Source: Alphaproteobacteria bacterium
GTDB lineage: Bacteria; Pseudomonadota; Alphaproteobacteria; GCA-2731375
Direction of reading: 5' to 3'
Length of the DNA: 64,000 nt
Assembly (NCBI GenBank): GCA_040223615.1
Contig: JAVKFY010000053.1
Span: forward strand, 395 to 64,394
Shown piece after piece: positions 1 to 8,782 of this stretch (positions are counted from its first letter, which is position 1; each line of letters opens with the position of its first letter). The notes under the pieces were generated by a model that was given only the letters and a program-made list of their open reading frames with translations, was not told the DNA's origin and searched no databases. Position numbers and translations under genes: made by a program.

Positions 1-1832
1 ACGGGCCCTGGGCCTATTTCAATCGTTTCCGCGAGGGCGGCCAGCATCCGCAATGGTGCCGTATCCCGCGCGATGGCGCGCCCGAGACCGACGCCACGCT
101 GCTGCTTGACGGTGACAAGGAGGCCGAGGGCCGGGACTTCTTCCGCATCGTCGCCGCCCGGCACAGCCCCGACCATCGCCTGCTCGCCTGGGCCACCGAC
201 ACAGCCGGCAACGAGCTCTATACGATCCGGGTCCGCGACCTGGACAGCGGCACCGACCTCGCCATCGCCATCGAGGGCAACAATGGCGGCTTCGCCTGGG
301 CCAACGACTCCAGGACCCTGTTCTACCTGCTGGTCGACGAAAATCACCGCGCCTCGTCGGTCTGGCGCCGCCGCGTCGACCGGCCGGACGAAGAGGCGGT
401 GCTGGTCTATCGGGAGGACGACCCCGGCTTCTTCCTCGGCGTGGCGCGTCTCGCCGCCGGCCGGTTCCTGGCGATCGACGCCCACCAGCGCAACACCTCG
501 GAGGTCTATCTGGTCGACGCCGACGACCCGGCATCGCCGCCACGCGTCGTCGCCGAACGCACCGAGGGCATCGAATATGCCGTGGAGCAGCACGGCGACC
601 GGCTGATCATCCGCACCAACGCCGACGACTGCGAAGACTACAAGCTGGTCACCGCGCCGCTGGCCGCGCCGGGGCGCGAGAACTGGGTCGACCTGGTGCC
701 GCACCGGCCCGGCTGCCTGATCCGCGGCTATGACCTGTTCGAGCAGCACCTGGTGCGGCTGGAAACCGAGAACGCACTGCCGCGCATCGTCGTGCGCGAC
801 CTGGCCAGCGACGCCGAGCACGCCATCGCCTTCGACGAGGCGGCCTACGCGCTCAACCTCGGCGGCGGCTTCGAGTACGCGACCACCGCCTTGCGCTTCG
901 GCTACAGCTCGATGACCACGCCGGCGCAGGTTTTCGACTACGACATGGCAAGCCGCGCGCGCACCTTGCGCAAGACCCAGAAGGTCCCCAGCGGGCACGA
1001 CCCGGCCGCCTACGTGACCCGCCGCATCACCGCCACGGCGAGCGACGGCACCGAGATCCCGGTCTCGATCCTGGCCCGCGCCGATGTCGCGCTCGACGGC
1101 ACCGCGCCGCTGCTGCTCTACGGCTATGGCAGCTACGGCATCTCGATGCCGGCCAGCTTCGGGACCAACCGGTTGAGCCTGGTCGACCGCGGCGTCGTCT
1201 ACGCCATCGCCCATATCCGTGGCGGCATGGAAGGCGGCTATCGCTGGTATCGCGAGGGCCGGCGCGAGGCCAAGACCAACACCTTCACCGACTACATCGC
1301 CTGCGCCGAGGCACTGATCGACGCCGGCTACACCGCCGTCGGCCGCATCGTCGGCCATGGCGGCAGCGCCGGCGGCATGCTGATGGGCGCGGTCGCCAAC
1401 CTGCGGCCCGACCTGTTCGCCGGCATCGTCGCCGAAGTGCCGTTCGTCGACGTGCTGAGCACCATGTGCGACGCCAGCCTGCCCCTGACGCCGCCGGAAT
1501 TTCCCGAGTGGGGCAACCCGATCGAAGACCCGGAGGTGTTCCGGCGCATCGCCGCCTATTCGCCCTACGACAACGTCGCCGCGCGGGCCTACCCGGCGAT
1601 GCTGGTCACCGCCGGCATCACCGACCCGCGCGTGACCTACTGGGAACCGGCGAAGTGGGTGGCGAGGCTGCGCGAGCTGAAAACCGACGATAGTCTGTTG
1701 CTGCTGAAGACCGAGATGGCGGCCGGCCACGCCGGCGCCGCCGGGCGGTTCGACAAGCTGGAGGAAGTGGCGCTGGCCTACACCTTCGCCCTGCTGACGG
1801 TGGGGCTGGCCGACAAGGAGTTGGATCGATGA
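1..1832 (+). CDS. ptrB: Oligopeptidase B (protease II, S9A prolyl-oligopeptidase family), 5'-partial
   Basis: Reading frame is open from position 3 (GPWAYFNRFREGGQHP...) and runs through ORF 399..1832. Catalytic-serine motif GHGGSAGGML and a C-terminal peptidase_S9 domain are recognisable. Confidence 0.85.
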   Translation, partial: GPWAYFNRFREGGQHPQWCRIPRDGAPETDATLLLDGDKEAEGRDFFRIVAARHSPDHRLLAWATDTAGNELYTIRVRDLDSGTDLAIAIEGNNGGFAWANDSRTLFYLLVDENHRASSVWRRRVDRPDEEAVLVYREDDPGFFLGVARLAAGRFLAIDAHQRNTSEVYLVDADDPASPPRVVAERTEGIEYAVEQHGDRLIIRTNADDCEDYKLVTAPLAAPGRENWVDLVPHRPGCLIRGYDLFEQHLVRLETENALPRIVVRDLASDAEHAIAFDEAAYALNLGGGFEYATTALRFGYSSMTTPAQVFDYDMASRARTLRKTQKVPSGHDPAAYVTRRITATASDGTEIPVSILARADVALDGTAPLLLYGYGSYGISMPASFGTNRLSLVDRGVVYAIAHIRGGMEGGYRWYREGRREAKTNTFTDYIACAEALIDAGYTAVGRIVGHGGSAGGMLMGAVANLRPDLFAGIVAEVPFVDVLSTMCDASLPLTPPEFPEWGNPIEDPEVFRRIAAYSPYDNVAARAYPAMLVTAGITDPRVTYWEPAKWVARLRELKTDDSLLLLKTEMAAGHAGAAGRFDKLEEVALAYTFALLTVGLADKELDR

Positions 1833-2821
1833 GTGAGTGGTATTTCTCCATCGACGGCAAGCAGAGCGAGCCGATGGACCACAGCGAGGCGGCGAACTAC
1901 GCCGCCGCGCATCCCGACGCCTATTGCTGGCGCGCCGGCTTCTCCGACTGGCAGCTCGTCAGCTCGGTGGGCGAACTGCAGGACAAGGTGCCGCCGCCGC
2001 CGATGGCGTCCGTCGCGGCGAGCCACCGCAGCCGCGCCGACGAGATCGACTACCGCATCCTCGGCCACGAGATGCAGTACGTGGAGGTCGAACTCGATCC
2101 CGGCGAGAGCGCCATCGCCGAGGCCGGATCGATGATGTACAAGGACGCCGACATCGAGATGACCACCATCTTCGGTGACGGCTCCGGCCAGGACAGCGGC
2201 TTTCTGAACAAGTTGATGGGTGCCGGCAAGCGGGTGCTGACCGGTGAATCCCTGTTCGCGACGGTGTTCACCCACCAGGGCGCCGGCAAGGCCCAGGTCG
2301 CCTTTGGCGCGCCCTTCCCCGGCACCATCCTGGCGCTGAACCTGGCGGAGAATAACGGTCGACTGATTTGCCAGAAGGACAGTTTCTTGGCCGCCGCCAA
2401 GGGCGTGCAGATCGGCATCCACTTCCAGCGCCGCATCCTCACCGGCCTGTTCGGCGGCGAAGGCTTCATCATGCAGAAGCTGGAGGGCGACGGCTGGGTC
2501 TTCGTGCACGCCGGCGGCACCCTGCACGAGCGCACGCTGCAGCCCGGCGAGCGCCTCCACGTCGACACTGGCTGCGTCGCCGCGATGACCGCCGATATCG
2601 ACTTCGACATCGTCCAGGCCGGCGGCATCAAGTCGATGCTGTTCGGCGGCGAGGGCCTGTTCTTCGCCAGCCTGACCGGGCCCGGCACGATCTGGCTGCA
2701 GAGCCTGCCATTCTCGCGCCTGGCCGGCCGCATGCTCGCCGCCGCCCCGCAACGCGGCGGCTCCAAGGGCGAAGGCTCGGTCCTCGGCGGCCTCGGCAAG
2801 CTGCTGGACGGGGATAACTAG
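1829..2821 (+). CDS. DUF4339 (GYF-like) N-domain fused to TIGR00266/AIM24-family protein
   Basis: ATG overlaps the ptrB stop (ATGA). The N-terminus (WYFSIDGKQSEPMDHSEAANYAA...DWQLVS) looks like DUF4339. The rest (HEMQYVEVELDPGESAIAEAGSMMY...) matches the AIM24/TIGR00266 pattern. Confidence 0.7.
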   Translation: MSEWYFSIDGKQSEPMDHSEAANYAAAHPDAYCWRAGFSDWQLVSSVGELQDKVPPPPMASVAASHRSRADEIDYRILGHEMQYVEVELDPGESAIAEAGSMMYKDADIEMTTIFGDGSGQDSGFLNKLMGAGKRVLTGESLFATVFTHQGAGKAQVAFGAPFPGTILALNLAENNGRLICQKDSFLAAAKGVQIGIHFQRRILTGLFGGEGFIMQKLEGDGWVFVHAGGTLHERTLQPGERLHVDTGCVAAMTADIDFDIVQAGGIKSMLFGGEGLFFASLTGPGTIWLQSLPFSRLAGRMLAAAPQRGGSKGEGSVLGGLGKLLDGDN

Positions 2822-2974
2822 GCGCCGGCGGCGCCGGATGCCCGAATCAAGACAAAGGGTGTCCGGTTAAGATTGGGGTGATTGTCCGTTTCCTGGTGCC
2901 GCTCAGGCGGTTGCGCCGCTTCGGGCGGCACCGGACAGAAGAACCGCGACCGATTGGTCCAGCTTCTGTACGTG

Positions 2975-3185
2975 GATGCCCCGAACAAGTCGGGGCATGA
3001 CGACCTTACTAAAAACATAGAAAACGCGTCATGGCCCGGCTTGTCCGGGCCATCCACGTCCCTGCACTTGCAAAGGCGTTGAGGGGGGCGCAGGACCGGA
3101 AGGACTTAACCGGACAGCCGTGGATCAAGTCCGGGCATGACGAGATTTGTTTCTGATCGTCATGGCCGGGCCTGATCCGGCCGTC
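2975..3185. repeat. Cluster of 3-4 REP-like palindromic units (ATGSCCSG-N5-CSGGSCAT type)
   Basis: Palindromes ATGCCCCGAACAAGTCGGGGCAT and ATGGCCCGGCTTGTCCGGGCCAT are visible in this intergenic tract, plus partial copies. They are related to the units at 28628-28661 and 55385-55460. Confidence 0.55.
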
Positions 3186-3187
3186 TC

Positions 3188-4039
3188 CTACCGTCTCAGC
3201 CACGGCTTCATCAGCCCGCCGAGGTCTCGTGACGAATGCGCCCGGGCGGCGAAGCCGAAGTCGCCGGCCTTGATCTCGGCCAGCGTGGCGTTGACGAAGG
3301 TCGATGCCGCCTGCATCAGGCTGCCGCCGAGGCTGACCCGGCGGACGCCGAGGTCGCGCAGTTCGGCCAGCGCCGGCATGGCGCGACCGGCCACGGTGTG
3401 TACGTTGAGCGGCCCGTCGATGGTCGTCACCAGCCGACTAATGGTCGCCGCGTCCTGCACGCCCGGCACGTAAACGCTCGGCGCGCCGGCGGCCAGGAAC
3501 GCATTGGCCCGGCGCACCGCCTCGGCGAAGTTCGCCTCCGCGTCGCCATGACCGACCAGGTAGGGGTCGGTACGCGCGTTCAGCACGAAGTCGACACCGG
3601 CCCCGCGCGCCGCCGCTACGCCGGCCTCGATCCGCGCCACCGCCAGCTCGAAGGGCATCAGTTCGCCCGAGCCGGGCACCACGTCCTCGATGTTGCAGCC
3701 AACCAGCCCCGCCGCGATCGCTTGCGCGACGGTCGCCGCAACCGCCTCCGGCTCGGTGCCGTAGCCGGCCTCGAGGTCGGCGGTGACCGGCAGGTCGGTG
3801 CGGTTCGCGATCCCGCCCGCGAAGCCGATCTGGAACGCGCGGCTCAGGTTTTCACCATCCGGCGCCCCGTTGGCGACGGCGACACCCGCCGAGGTGGTGG
3901 CGATGGCGGCGAAGCCGGCCGCCGCCATCAGCGCCGCGCTGGCGTGGTCCCAGCAGTTCGGCAGAAGCAGCACGTCGCCTTCGGTGTGCATGCGGTTGAA
4001 CGCGGCGGTCTTCTCTCGCTGCGCACTGCTGACGGTCAT
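3188..4039 (-). CDS. Isocitrate lyase/PEP mutase family protein (2-methylisocitrate lyase / carboxyvinyl-carboxyphosphonate phosphorylmutase-like)
   Basis: N-terminus FNRMHTEGDVLLLPNCWDHASAALMAAAGFAAIATTSAGVA is typical of the ICL/PEPM superfamily. Length is 283 aa. Confidence 0.8.
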   Translation of the reverse strand: MTVSSAQREKTAAFNRMHTEGDVLLLPNCWDHASAALMAAAGFAAIATTSAGVAVANGAPDGENLSRAFQIGFAGGIANRTDLPVTADLEAGYGTEPEAVAATVAQAIAAGLVGCNIEDVVPGSGELMPFELAVARIEAGVAAARGAGVDFVLNARTDPYLVGHGDAEANFAEAVRRANAFLAAGAPSVYVPGVQDAATISRLVTTIDGPLNVHTVAGRAMPALAELRDLGVRRVSLGGSLMQAASTFVNATLAEIKAGDFGFAARAHSSRDLGGLMKPWLRR

Positions 4040-4132
4040 CTGCGGTCTCCTTGGCTGTCATTCGCCGTATCCTCGCCTTGCCGACCTGATCCGTCCAATG
4101 CATAGTATGTAGAGACAACATCAGGAATTCTG

Positions 4133-5038
4133 ATGAACTCGACGGCCGAGATCGAAGCCTTCGTTGCCGTGGCGCGCCAGCAGGGCGTGACTCGCGCGGC
4201 GGCACACCTGAACCGTTCGCAGCCCGCGATCACCCGGCGCATCCGGCAGCTGGAAAAGGCGCTGGGCGCGCCGTTGATCGAGCGTGGGCCGGGCGGCGCG
4301 GTGCTGAGCGAGGCCGGCCGCGCCTTTCTGCCGCACGCCGAGGCGGCGCTGGCGGCGATCCGCGATGGCGCCGAGGCGGTGGCGGCGCTGTCGCGCGATG
4401 ACGCCGGCGTGGTGTCGCTCGCCATCGTTGGCACGCTTGCCGACTCGCCGCTCGTTGCGCACCTGCAGGCCTACCTGCGCCGCCACCCGGATCTGCGTCT
4501 CGACCTGCGCACCGCCAACAGTCAGGAGGTCAGCGCTCAGGTTCGCCGCGGCGAGGTGGCGCTGGGTCTGCGCTACTTCGCCGATGCCGGCGCCGATCTG
4601 GTGTCGCAGGACATCGGCGCCGAGCCGCTGATCCTGGTCTGCGCCGCCGACCATCGCTTCGCCGGCAAGCGGCCGCGTCCGCTGTCGCAGCTCGGCGACG
4701 AACGCTGGCTCGCTTTCCCGGCTGGCCGCAACCGGCCGCCGTCGTCCGGCCACCAGGTCGAAAACCAACTTGCCAAGGCCGGGCTCGGGGACGCCGAGAT
4801 GCTGACCGTCGACAGCCTGACGGCGCAAAAGCGCCTGGTCGAGGCTGGCTTCGGCATCGCACTGCTGCCGCGGAGTGCGATCCGCGAGGAACTCAGGCTC
4901 GGCACGCTGGCGACGATCGCCGCACCGAGCCTCGCCGCGATGCAGCCGGTCTGCGCCGTGCACCGGCGCAACGGCTACCTCAACGGCGCCTGCCGCGCCC
5001 TGCTCGACGATCTACGCTCGGCGAAGATCGCGTTCTAG
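4133..5038 (+). CDS. LysR-family transcriptional regulator
   Basis: HTH N-terminus IEAFVAVARQQGVTRAAAHLNRSQPAITRRIRQLE. Length is about 300 aa. It is divergent from the PEPM-family gene upstream. Confidence 0.85.
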   Translation: MNSTAEIEAFVAVARQQGVTRAAAHLNRSQPAITRRIRQLEKALGAPLIERGPGGAVLSEAGRAFLPHAEAALAAIRDGAEAVAALSRDDAGVVSLAIVGTLADSPLVAHLQAYLRRHPDLRLDLRTANSQEVSAQVRRGEVALGLRYFADAGADLVSQDIGAEPLILVCAADHRFAGKRPRPLSQLGDERWLAFPAGRNRPPSSGHQVENQLAKAGLGDAEMLTVDSLTAQKRLVEAGFGIALLPRSAIREELRLGTLATIAAPSLAAMQPVCAVHRRNGYLNGACRALLDDLRSAKIAF

Positions 5039-5892
5039 CCGCCCTTCTGCCATGCGGCCATCAGCTTGTTGGCCTCCGGGTGGCTCATCATGTTGCCGCC
5101 ATAGCCGAACGTGCCCTCGGCCTTCAGCGTCGCCAGGGCATCGCGCACAAGTCCCAGCGCCGCCAGCGCCAGGCTGCCGCCGATGGAAATCCGCGCCACC
5201 CCTAGCTTCTCGTACTCAGCCGCCGACAAGGTGCCGGGCCGGCCGGCCATCACGTTCATCGGACCGTCGATCGCGCTCGCGAGCTTGCCGACGGTGTCGG
5301 CGTCGACCGGCCCCGGCACGAAGGCCGAACCGGCACCGGCGGCGAGGTAGGCGTTGGCGCGCCGGATCGACTCGTCGAGGCAGGCCGACGGTTCGCCGAA
5401 GCCGCGCAGGTAGGGATCGACCCGGGCGTTGATCACGAAGTCCGGCAGGCCGGCCTTGTCGGCGGCCTCCGCGCCGGCATGGATGCGCGCCACCGCCAGG
5501 TCGAAATCCATCAGCTTGCCGCTTGCCTGGTCGCCGTCCTCGATGTTGCAGCCGGCCAGGCCGATGCCGATCGCCCGGGTCACCGTGTCGGCGACCGCCG
5601 CCGGCTCGCTGCCGAAACCGGCGACCAGGTCAGCGGTCACCGGCACGCTGGCATGCGCGGCGATGCTGGCAGCGATGCCCAGCATCCGGTCCTGGCCGAT
5701 ATGTTCGCCGTCGGGGAAGCCGACCGCGTTGGCGACGCCGGAACTGGTGGTGGCGATGGCCGGAAAGCCGGCGGCGACCATCAATGCCGCGCTGACCTCG
5801 TCCCAGGCGTTGGGCAGCACCAGCACCTGTGGGCCCCGGTGCAGCGCGCGGAATGTCTTCGCCTTGGCCTTGTGGTCGTCGCTGATCGCCAT
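5035..5892 (-). CDS. Isocitrate lyase/PEP mutase family protein, paralog of 3188..4039
   Basis: FRALHRGPQVLVLPNAWDEVSAALMVAAGFPAIATTSSGVA is collinear with the first paralog. Its stop overlaps the LysR stop convergently by 4 nt. Confidence 0.8.
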   Translation of the reverse strand: MAISDDHKAKAKTFRALHRGPQVLVLPNAWDEVSAALMVAAGFPAIATTSSGVANAVGFPDGEHIGQDRMLGIAASIAAHASVPVTADLVAGFGSEPAAVADTVTRAIGIGLAGCNIEDGDQASGKLMDFDLAVARIHAGAEAADKAGLPDFVINARVDPYLRGFGEPSACLDESIRRANAYLAAGAGSAFVPGPVDADTVGKLASAIDGPMNVMAGRPGTLSAAEYEKLGVARISIGGSLALAALGLVRDALATLKAEGTFGYGGNMMSHPEANKLMAAWQKGG

Positions 5893-6006
5893 GTCTCGCT
5901 CCTTTGCTCGCCGTCAGTGTGGCACCGCGGCGGCGGCCGTACCATTACCTGAAACGGAGGGGCCCGGCACCGGCCATTGCCGGCGCGTGGCCCGGGCCGG
6001 TTGCCG

Positions 6007-6474
6007 CTAGCGCGTCGCCGTGCCCTGGCGCGCCGCCAGCGCCGCTTCGCGTGCGCTGAGCTCGGCCTCGACCTCATCCAGCAGTTCGCGCACCCGCGCC
6101 TCGTTGGCGGCATAGTCGCGATACAGATCGGGCAGGTCGCGCAGGCGGCGTTCCAGGTTCTCGCGCGCGGGATCGTCGTCCGGCATCAGCCGATGTTCGT
6201 GTTTCAGCCGGTCGAGCTCGACCCTGGTAAAGCTCTGGTTCACCAGCAGGTTGTCGATGCCCCACAGATACTGCCGGCGCAAGGCGCGCAAGTAGGTCAG
6301 CTCACGCTGCTCGCGGGCCAGATCTTCCGCCGCCGCGGCACTCTCCACCGGTGGCAGCGGCTGCCGGTGCGGCGGCGGCGCGGTCGGCAGCGCGCCGGCC
6401 ATCAACGCCGTCAGCCCGAGCGCCAGCGCGGCCACCGCCAGACCCAGGGTCAGCTTGCGTTTCGATGTCGCCAT
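6007..6474 (-). CDS. Hypothetical secreted protein (signal peptide plus coiled-coil)
   Basis: N-terminal signal-like MATSKRKLTLGLAVAALALGLTALMAG. Codon usage is consistent with coding. No family recognised. Confidence 0.45.
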   Translation of the reverse strand: MATSKRKLTLGLAVAALALGLTALMAGALPTAPPPHRQPLPPVESAAAAEDLAREQRELTYLRALRRQYLWGIDNLLVNQSFTRVELDRLKHEHRLMPDDDPARENLERRLRDLPDLYRDYAANEARVRELLDEVEAELSAREAALAARQGTATR

Positions 6475-6563
6475 GGATCATCCACGCACCGACTCTACGG
6501 TGCGAGACCGGCCATCGACAACGCGCTAGACTGCGCCCGGCAATCACGGAGACGACAGCGACG

Positions 6564-7661
6564 ATGGACTTCGAAGCAGCGAAGGCGGCCGGATTCGAGA
6601 ACCTTCACGAGGTCGTGCGCCAGGCCCGGATCAACCTGAACGCGAATATCTGGGACTATCTGGTCGGCGGCACCGAGAGCGAGACCACGCTGCGCCGCAA
6701 CCGGCTGGCGCTGGATACCGTGGCGTTCCGGCCGCGCGTGCTGAACGACGTCTCCAAGGTCGACCTGACGTGCGAGTTCCTGGGCAAGCGGCTGGACCTG
6801 CCGGTCTGCGCTGCGCCGGTCGGCTCGCTGGAAAGCTTCCACGAGGAGGGCGGCGCCGCCATGGTCAAGGGCTGCGCCGAGGCCGGCACCGCGATGATGC
6901 TGAGTTCGGTGTCGCAGCCGGGCCTGGAGGCGGTGGCCAAGGCCGCGCCCGACGCGCTGCGCATCTTCCAGCTCTACGTGCGCGGCGACACCGGCTGGAT
7001 CGACGACATCGCCAAGCGCGCCATCGCCAACGACTACACCGCTTTTTGCCTCACCGTCGACACCGCGCACTACAGCCGGCGCGAGCGCGACATCGACAAG
7101 CGCTTCGACAAGCGCTGGCGCCGTGGCGACGAGTACATGGCGGCGACGCAAGCGGCGTTGAGCTGGTCGGAGGTCGAGCGCTTCAAGGGCAAGCACGATA
7201 TCCCGCTGATCCTGAAGGGCATCGCCACCGGAGAGGACGCGAAGATCGCGGTCGAGCATGGCGTCGAGGTGGTCTACGTCTCCAATCACGGCGGCCGACA
7301 GCTCGACCACGGGCGCGGCGCCATGGACGTGCTGCCGGAGGTGGTCGACGCGATCGCCGGGCGCGCCAAGATCATGGTCGACGGCAGCTTCCTGCGCGGC
7401 TCCGATATCGTGAAGGGCATTGCGGCCGGCGCCGACTGTATCGGCATCGGCCGCATGGCGGTGGCCGGCCTGGCCGGCGCCGGCCAGGCCGGCGTCGCGC
7501 GCGTCATGCACCTGCTGAAGCACGAGGCGTCGATCTGCTTCGGCCTGCTGGGCGTCACCGGCTGGGACCAGCTCACGACCGCGCACATCCATCGCGGCGC
7601 TCCCGCGGTCACCGACCCGTCGGTGTGGAGCGCCTTCCCGCTGCTCGACTCGCCGCGCTGA
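6564..7661 (+). CDS. FMN-dependent alpha-hydroxy acid dehydrogenase (L-lactate dehydrogenase / glycolate oxidase family)
   Basis: MDFEAAKAAGFENLHEVVRQARINLNANIWDYLVGGTESETTLRRNRLA is a typical family N-terminus. The ORF 6351..7661 has a spurious upstream extension that overlaps the preceding gene. Confidence 0.8.
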   Translation: MDFEAAKAAGFENLHEVVRQARINLNANIWDYLVGGTESETTLRRNRLALDTVAFRPRVLNDVSKVDLTCEFLGKRLDLPVCAAPVGSLESFHEEGGAAMVKGCAEAGTAMMLSSVSQPGLEAVAKAAPDALRIFQLYVRGDTGWIDDIAKRAIANDYTAFCLTVDTAHYSRRERDIDKRFDKRWRRGDEYMAATQAALSWSEVERFKGKHDIPLILKGIATGEDAKIAVEHGVEVVYVSNHGGRQLDHGRGAMDVLPEVVDAIAGRAKIMVDGSFLRGSDIVKGIAAGADCIGIGRMAVAGLAGAGQAGVARVMHLLKHEASICFGLLGVTGWDQLTTAHIHRGAPAVTDPSVWSAFPLLDSPR

Positions 7662-7691
7662 CCATAAGCAACATCACGAACAGGAAACCCG

Positions 7692-8300
7692 ATGAGCAAG
7701 CTGACGATCTACGGGACGCCGCAGGCGCGTCCCTACCGCACCTACTGGATGGCGCGCGAGCTGGGGCTCGACTACGAGGCCAAGCCCTGGAGCTTCCGCG
7801 GCGAAGAGCTGAAGAGCGACGCCTACAAGGAAATCAACCCGAACGTCCGCATCCCGGCGATCGATGACGACGGCTTCAAGCTCTGGGAGTCGATGGCGAT
7901 CAATCTCTATCTCGCCCGCAAGCACGGCGGCCCATTGCAACCCGCCGATCTGCAGGGCGAAGCGCAGGCGATGATGTGGTCCTTCTGGGTCATGACCGAG
8001 ATCGAGAAGCCGGTGCTGGCCTACCTGTTCCAGATGATGGGGCCGGAGGACAAGCGCGACCCGGCGGTGATGGAGACGTCGCTCGACGAACTGAAGCGGC
8101 CGCTCGCGGTGCTCGACGATCATCTCGCCAAGTCGCCCTACATCCTCGGCGGCGATTTCACCGTCGCCGACCTCAACGTCGCCGCGGTGCTGAGCTGGGC
8201 CAAGATGTCGAAGATCGACCTGTCTGCCTGGCCCAAGGTGAAGGACTGGCTCGACCGCTGCCTCGGCCGACCGGCCGCCAAGGCGGCGCGCGAAGGCTGA
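7692..8300 (+). CDS. Glutathione S-transferase
   Basis: GST N-domain pattern (LTIYGTPQARPYRTYWMARELGLDYEA...RIPAIDDDGFKLWESMAINLYLA). Length 202 aa. Confidence 0.85.
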   Translation: MSKLTIYGTPQARPYRTYWMARELGLDYEAKPWSFRGEELKSDAYKEINPNVRIPAIDDDGFKLWESMAINLYLARKHGGPLQPADLQGEAQAMMWSFWVMTEIEKPVLAYLFQMMGPEDKRDPAVMETSLDELKRPLAVLDDHLAKSPYILGGDFTVADLNVAAVLSWAKMSKIDLSAWPKVKDWLDRCLGRPAAKAAREG

Positions 8301-8359
8301 CGCGGTTGCCGCAGCCGGCGGATTGACACGGATTCGCCGGCTTCGGCATAAGGGCCGCC

Positions 8360-8713
8360 ATGTTTCACCACCGAACCGCGCGCAAGACCATCGACCGCCT
8401 GATCGAGGTCCTGGAGGAGATGGCGACCCGCCGCCAGTTCGGCCCGCCGGGAGGCGCGCCGGATGCCGCCCAGGCACTGTCGCTGGCGGAAAAGCTGCGC
8501 AGCGGCTTCGCCCGGAAGAAGTACGACATCGATGAGGCCGAGGCGCGCTTGCTGGTCGCCTATCTCGACGCCTACAACCTGACCGCGCCGTCCGGCACCG
8601 AGTGGGACAAGGGCGTCGACAAGCTGGCCCAGGACCTGCAGAAAGCCTTTGCTAAGTCCTTCTCCGGCACAGTGTACCCGCACGACAAGCCAGCCGGAGC
8701 TGCGGGGGAGTAG
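8360..8713 (+). CDS. Hypothetical protein
   Basis: 117-aa ORF with coding-like composition. No recognisable family. Confidence 0.45.
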   Translation: MFHHRTARKTIDRLIEVLEEMATRRQFGPPGGAPDAAQALSLAEKLRSGFARKKYDIDEAEARLLVAYLDAYNLTAPSGTEWDKGVDKLAQDLQKAFAKSFSGTVYPHDKPAGAAGE

Positions 8714-8782
8714 CTTAACTGGGAAAGCCCTGACCCGTTCGCGGGCCAGCAGATTCAGGTTCGACTCCTGACTCCTCCACCA
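8704..8782 (+). ncRNA. tRNA-like element / pseudo-tRNA (tRNA-Ala-like acceptor with G3:U70, canonical D and T arms, aberrant anticodon arm)
   Basis: The acceptor 5' strand GGGGGAG pairs with CTCCTCC, with a G3:U70 wobble. Discriminator is A and the 3' end is CCA. U8 is present. The D-arm is GCTT-AACTGGGA-AAGC, with A14, G18, G19 and A21. The T-arm is TCAGG-TTCGACT-CCTGA. The 26 nt between the D and T arms cannot form a 5-bp/7-nt anticodon arm. They form CCCG-TTCG-CGGG (a UUCG tetraloop hairpin) instead. Confidence 0.4.

Noticed and set aside
19-543. Many long ORFs with Arg/Pro/Gly/Ala-rich translations on the strand opposite to, or out of frame with, convincing genes. Examples are 19..543, 9917..11149, 11926..12675, 12659..14836, 15324..16784, 29404..31461, 40654..42480, 45035..46237 and 48893..49747.
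   Set aside because: These are typical shadow ORFs of a high-GC genome. They overlap genes with clear family motifs, have no recognisable domains and have extreme amino-acid bias.
2975-3185. The palindromic repeat clusters as a CRISPR array.
   Set aside because: The units are self-complementary hairpins of variable spacing and orientation, with no regular repeat-spacer periodicity and no cas genes. They are consistent with REP elements.
6351-6563. The N-terminal 71-codon extension of the hydroxyacid dehydrogenase ORF.
   Set aside because: It is Ala/Arg-rich and low-complexity, and overlaps the preceding minus-strand gene. The family-typical start MDFEAAK is at 6564.
8704-8782. Calling the element a functional tRNA-Ala gene.
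   Set aside because: The acceptor, D and T arms are canonical, but no 5-bp/7-nt anticodon stem-loop with U33 can be drawn from the intervening 26 nt. It was kept as a tRNA-like or pseudo-tRNA element instead.
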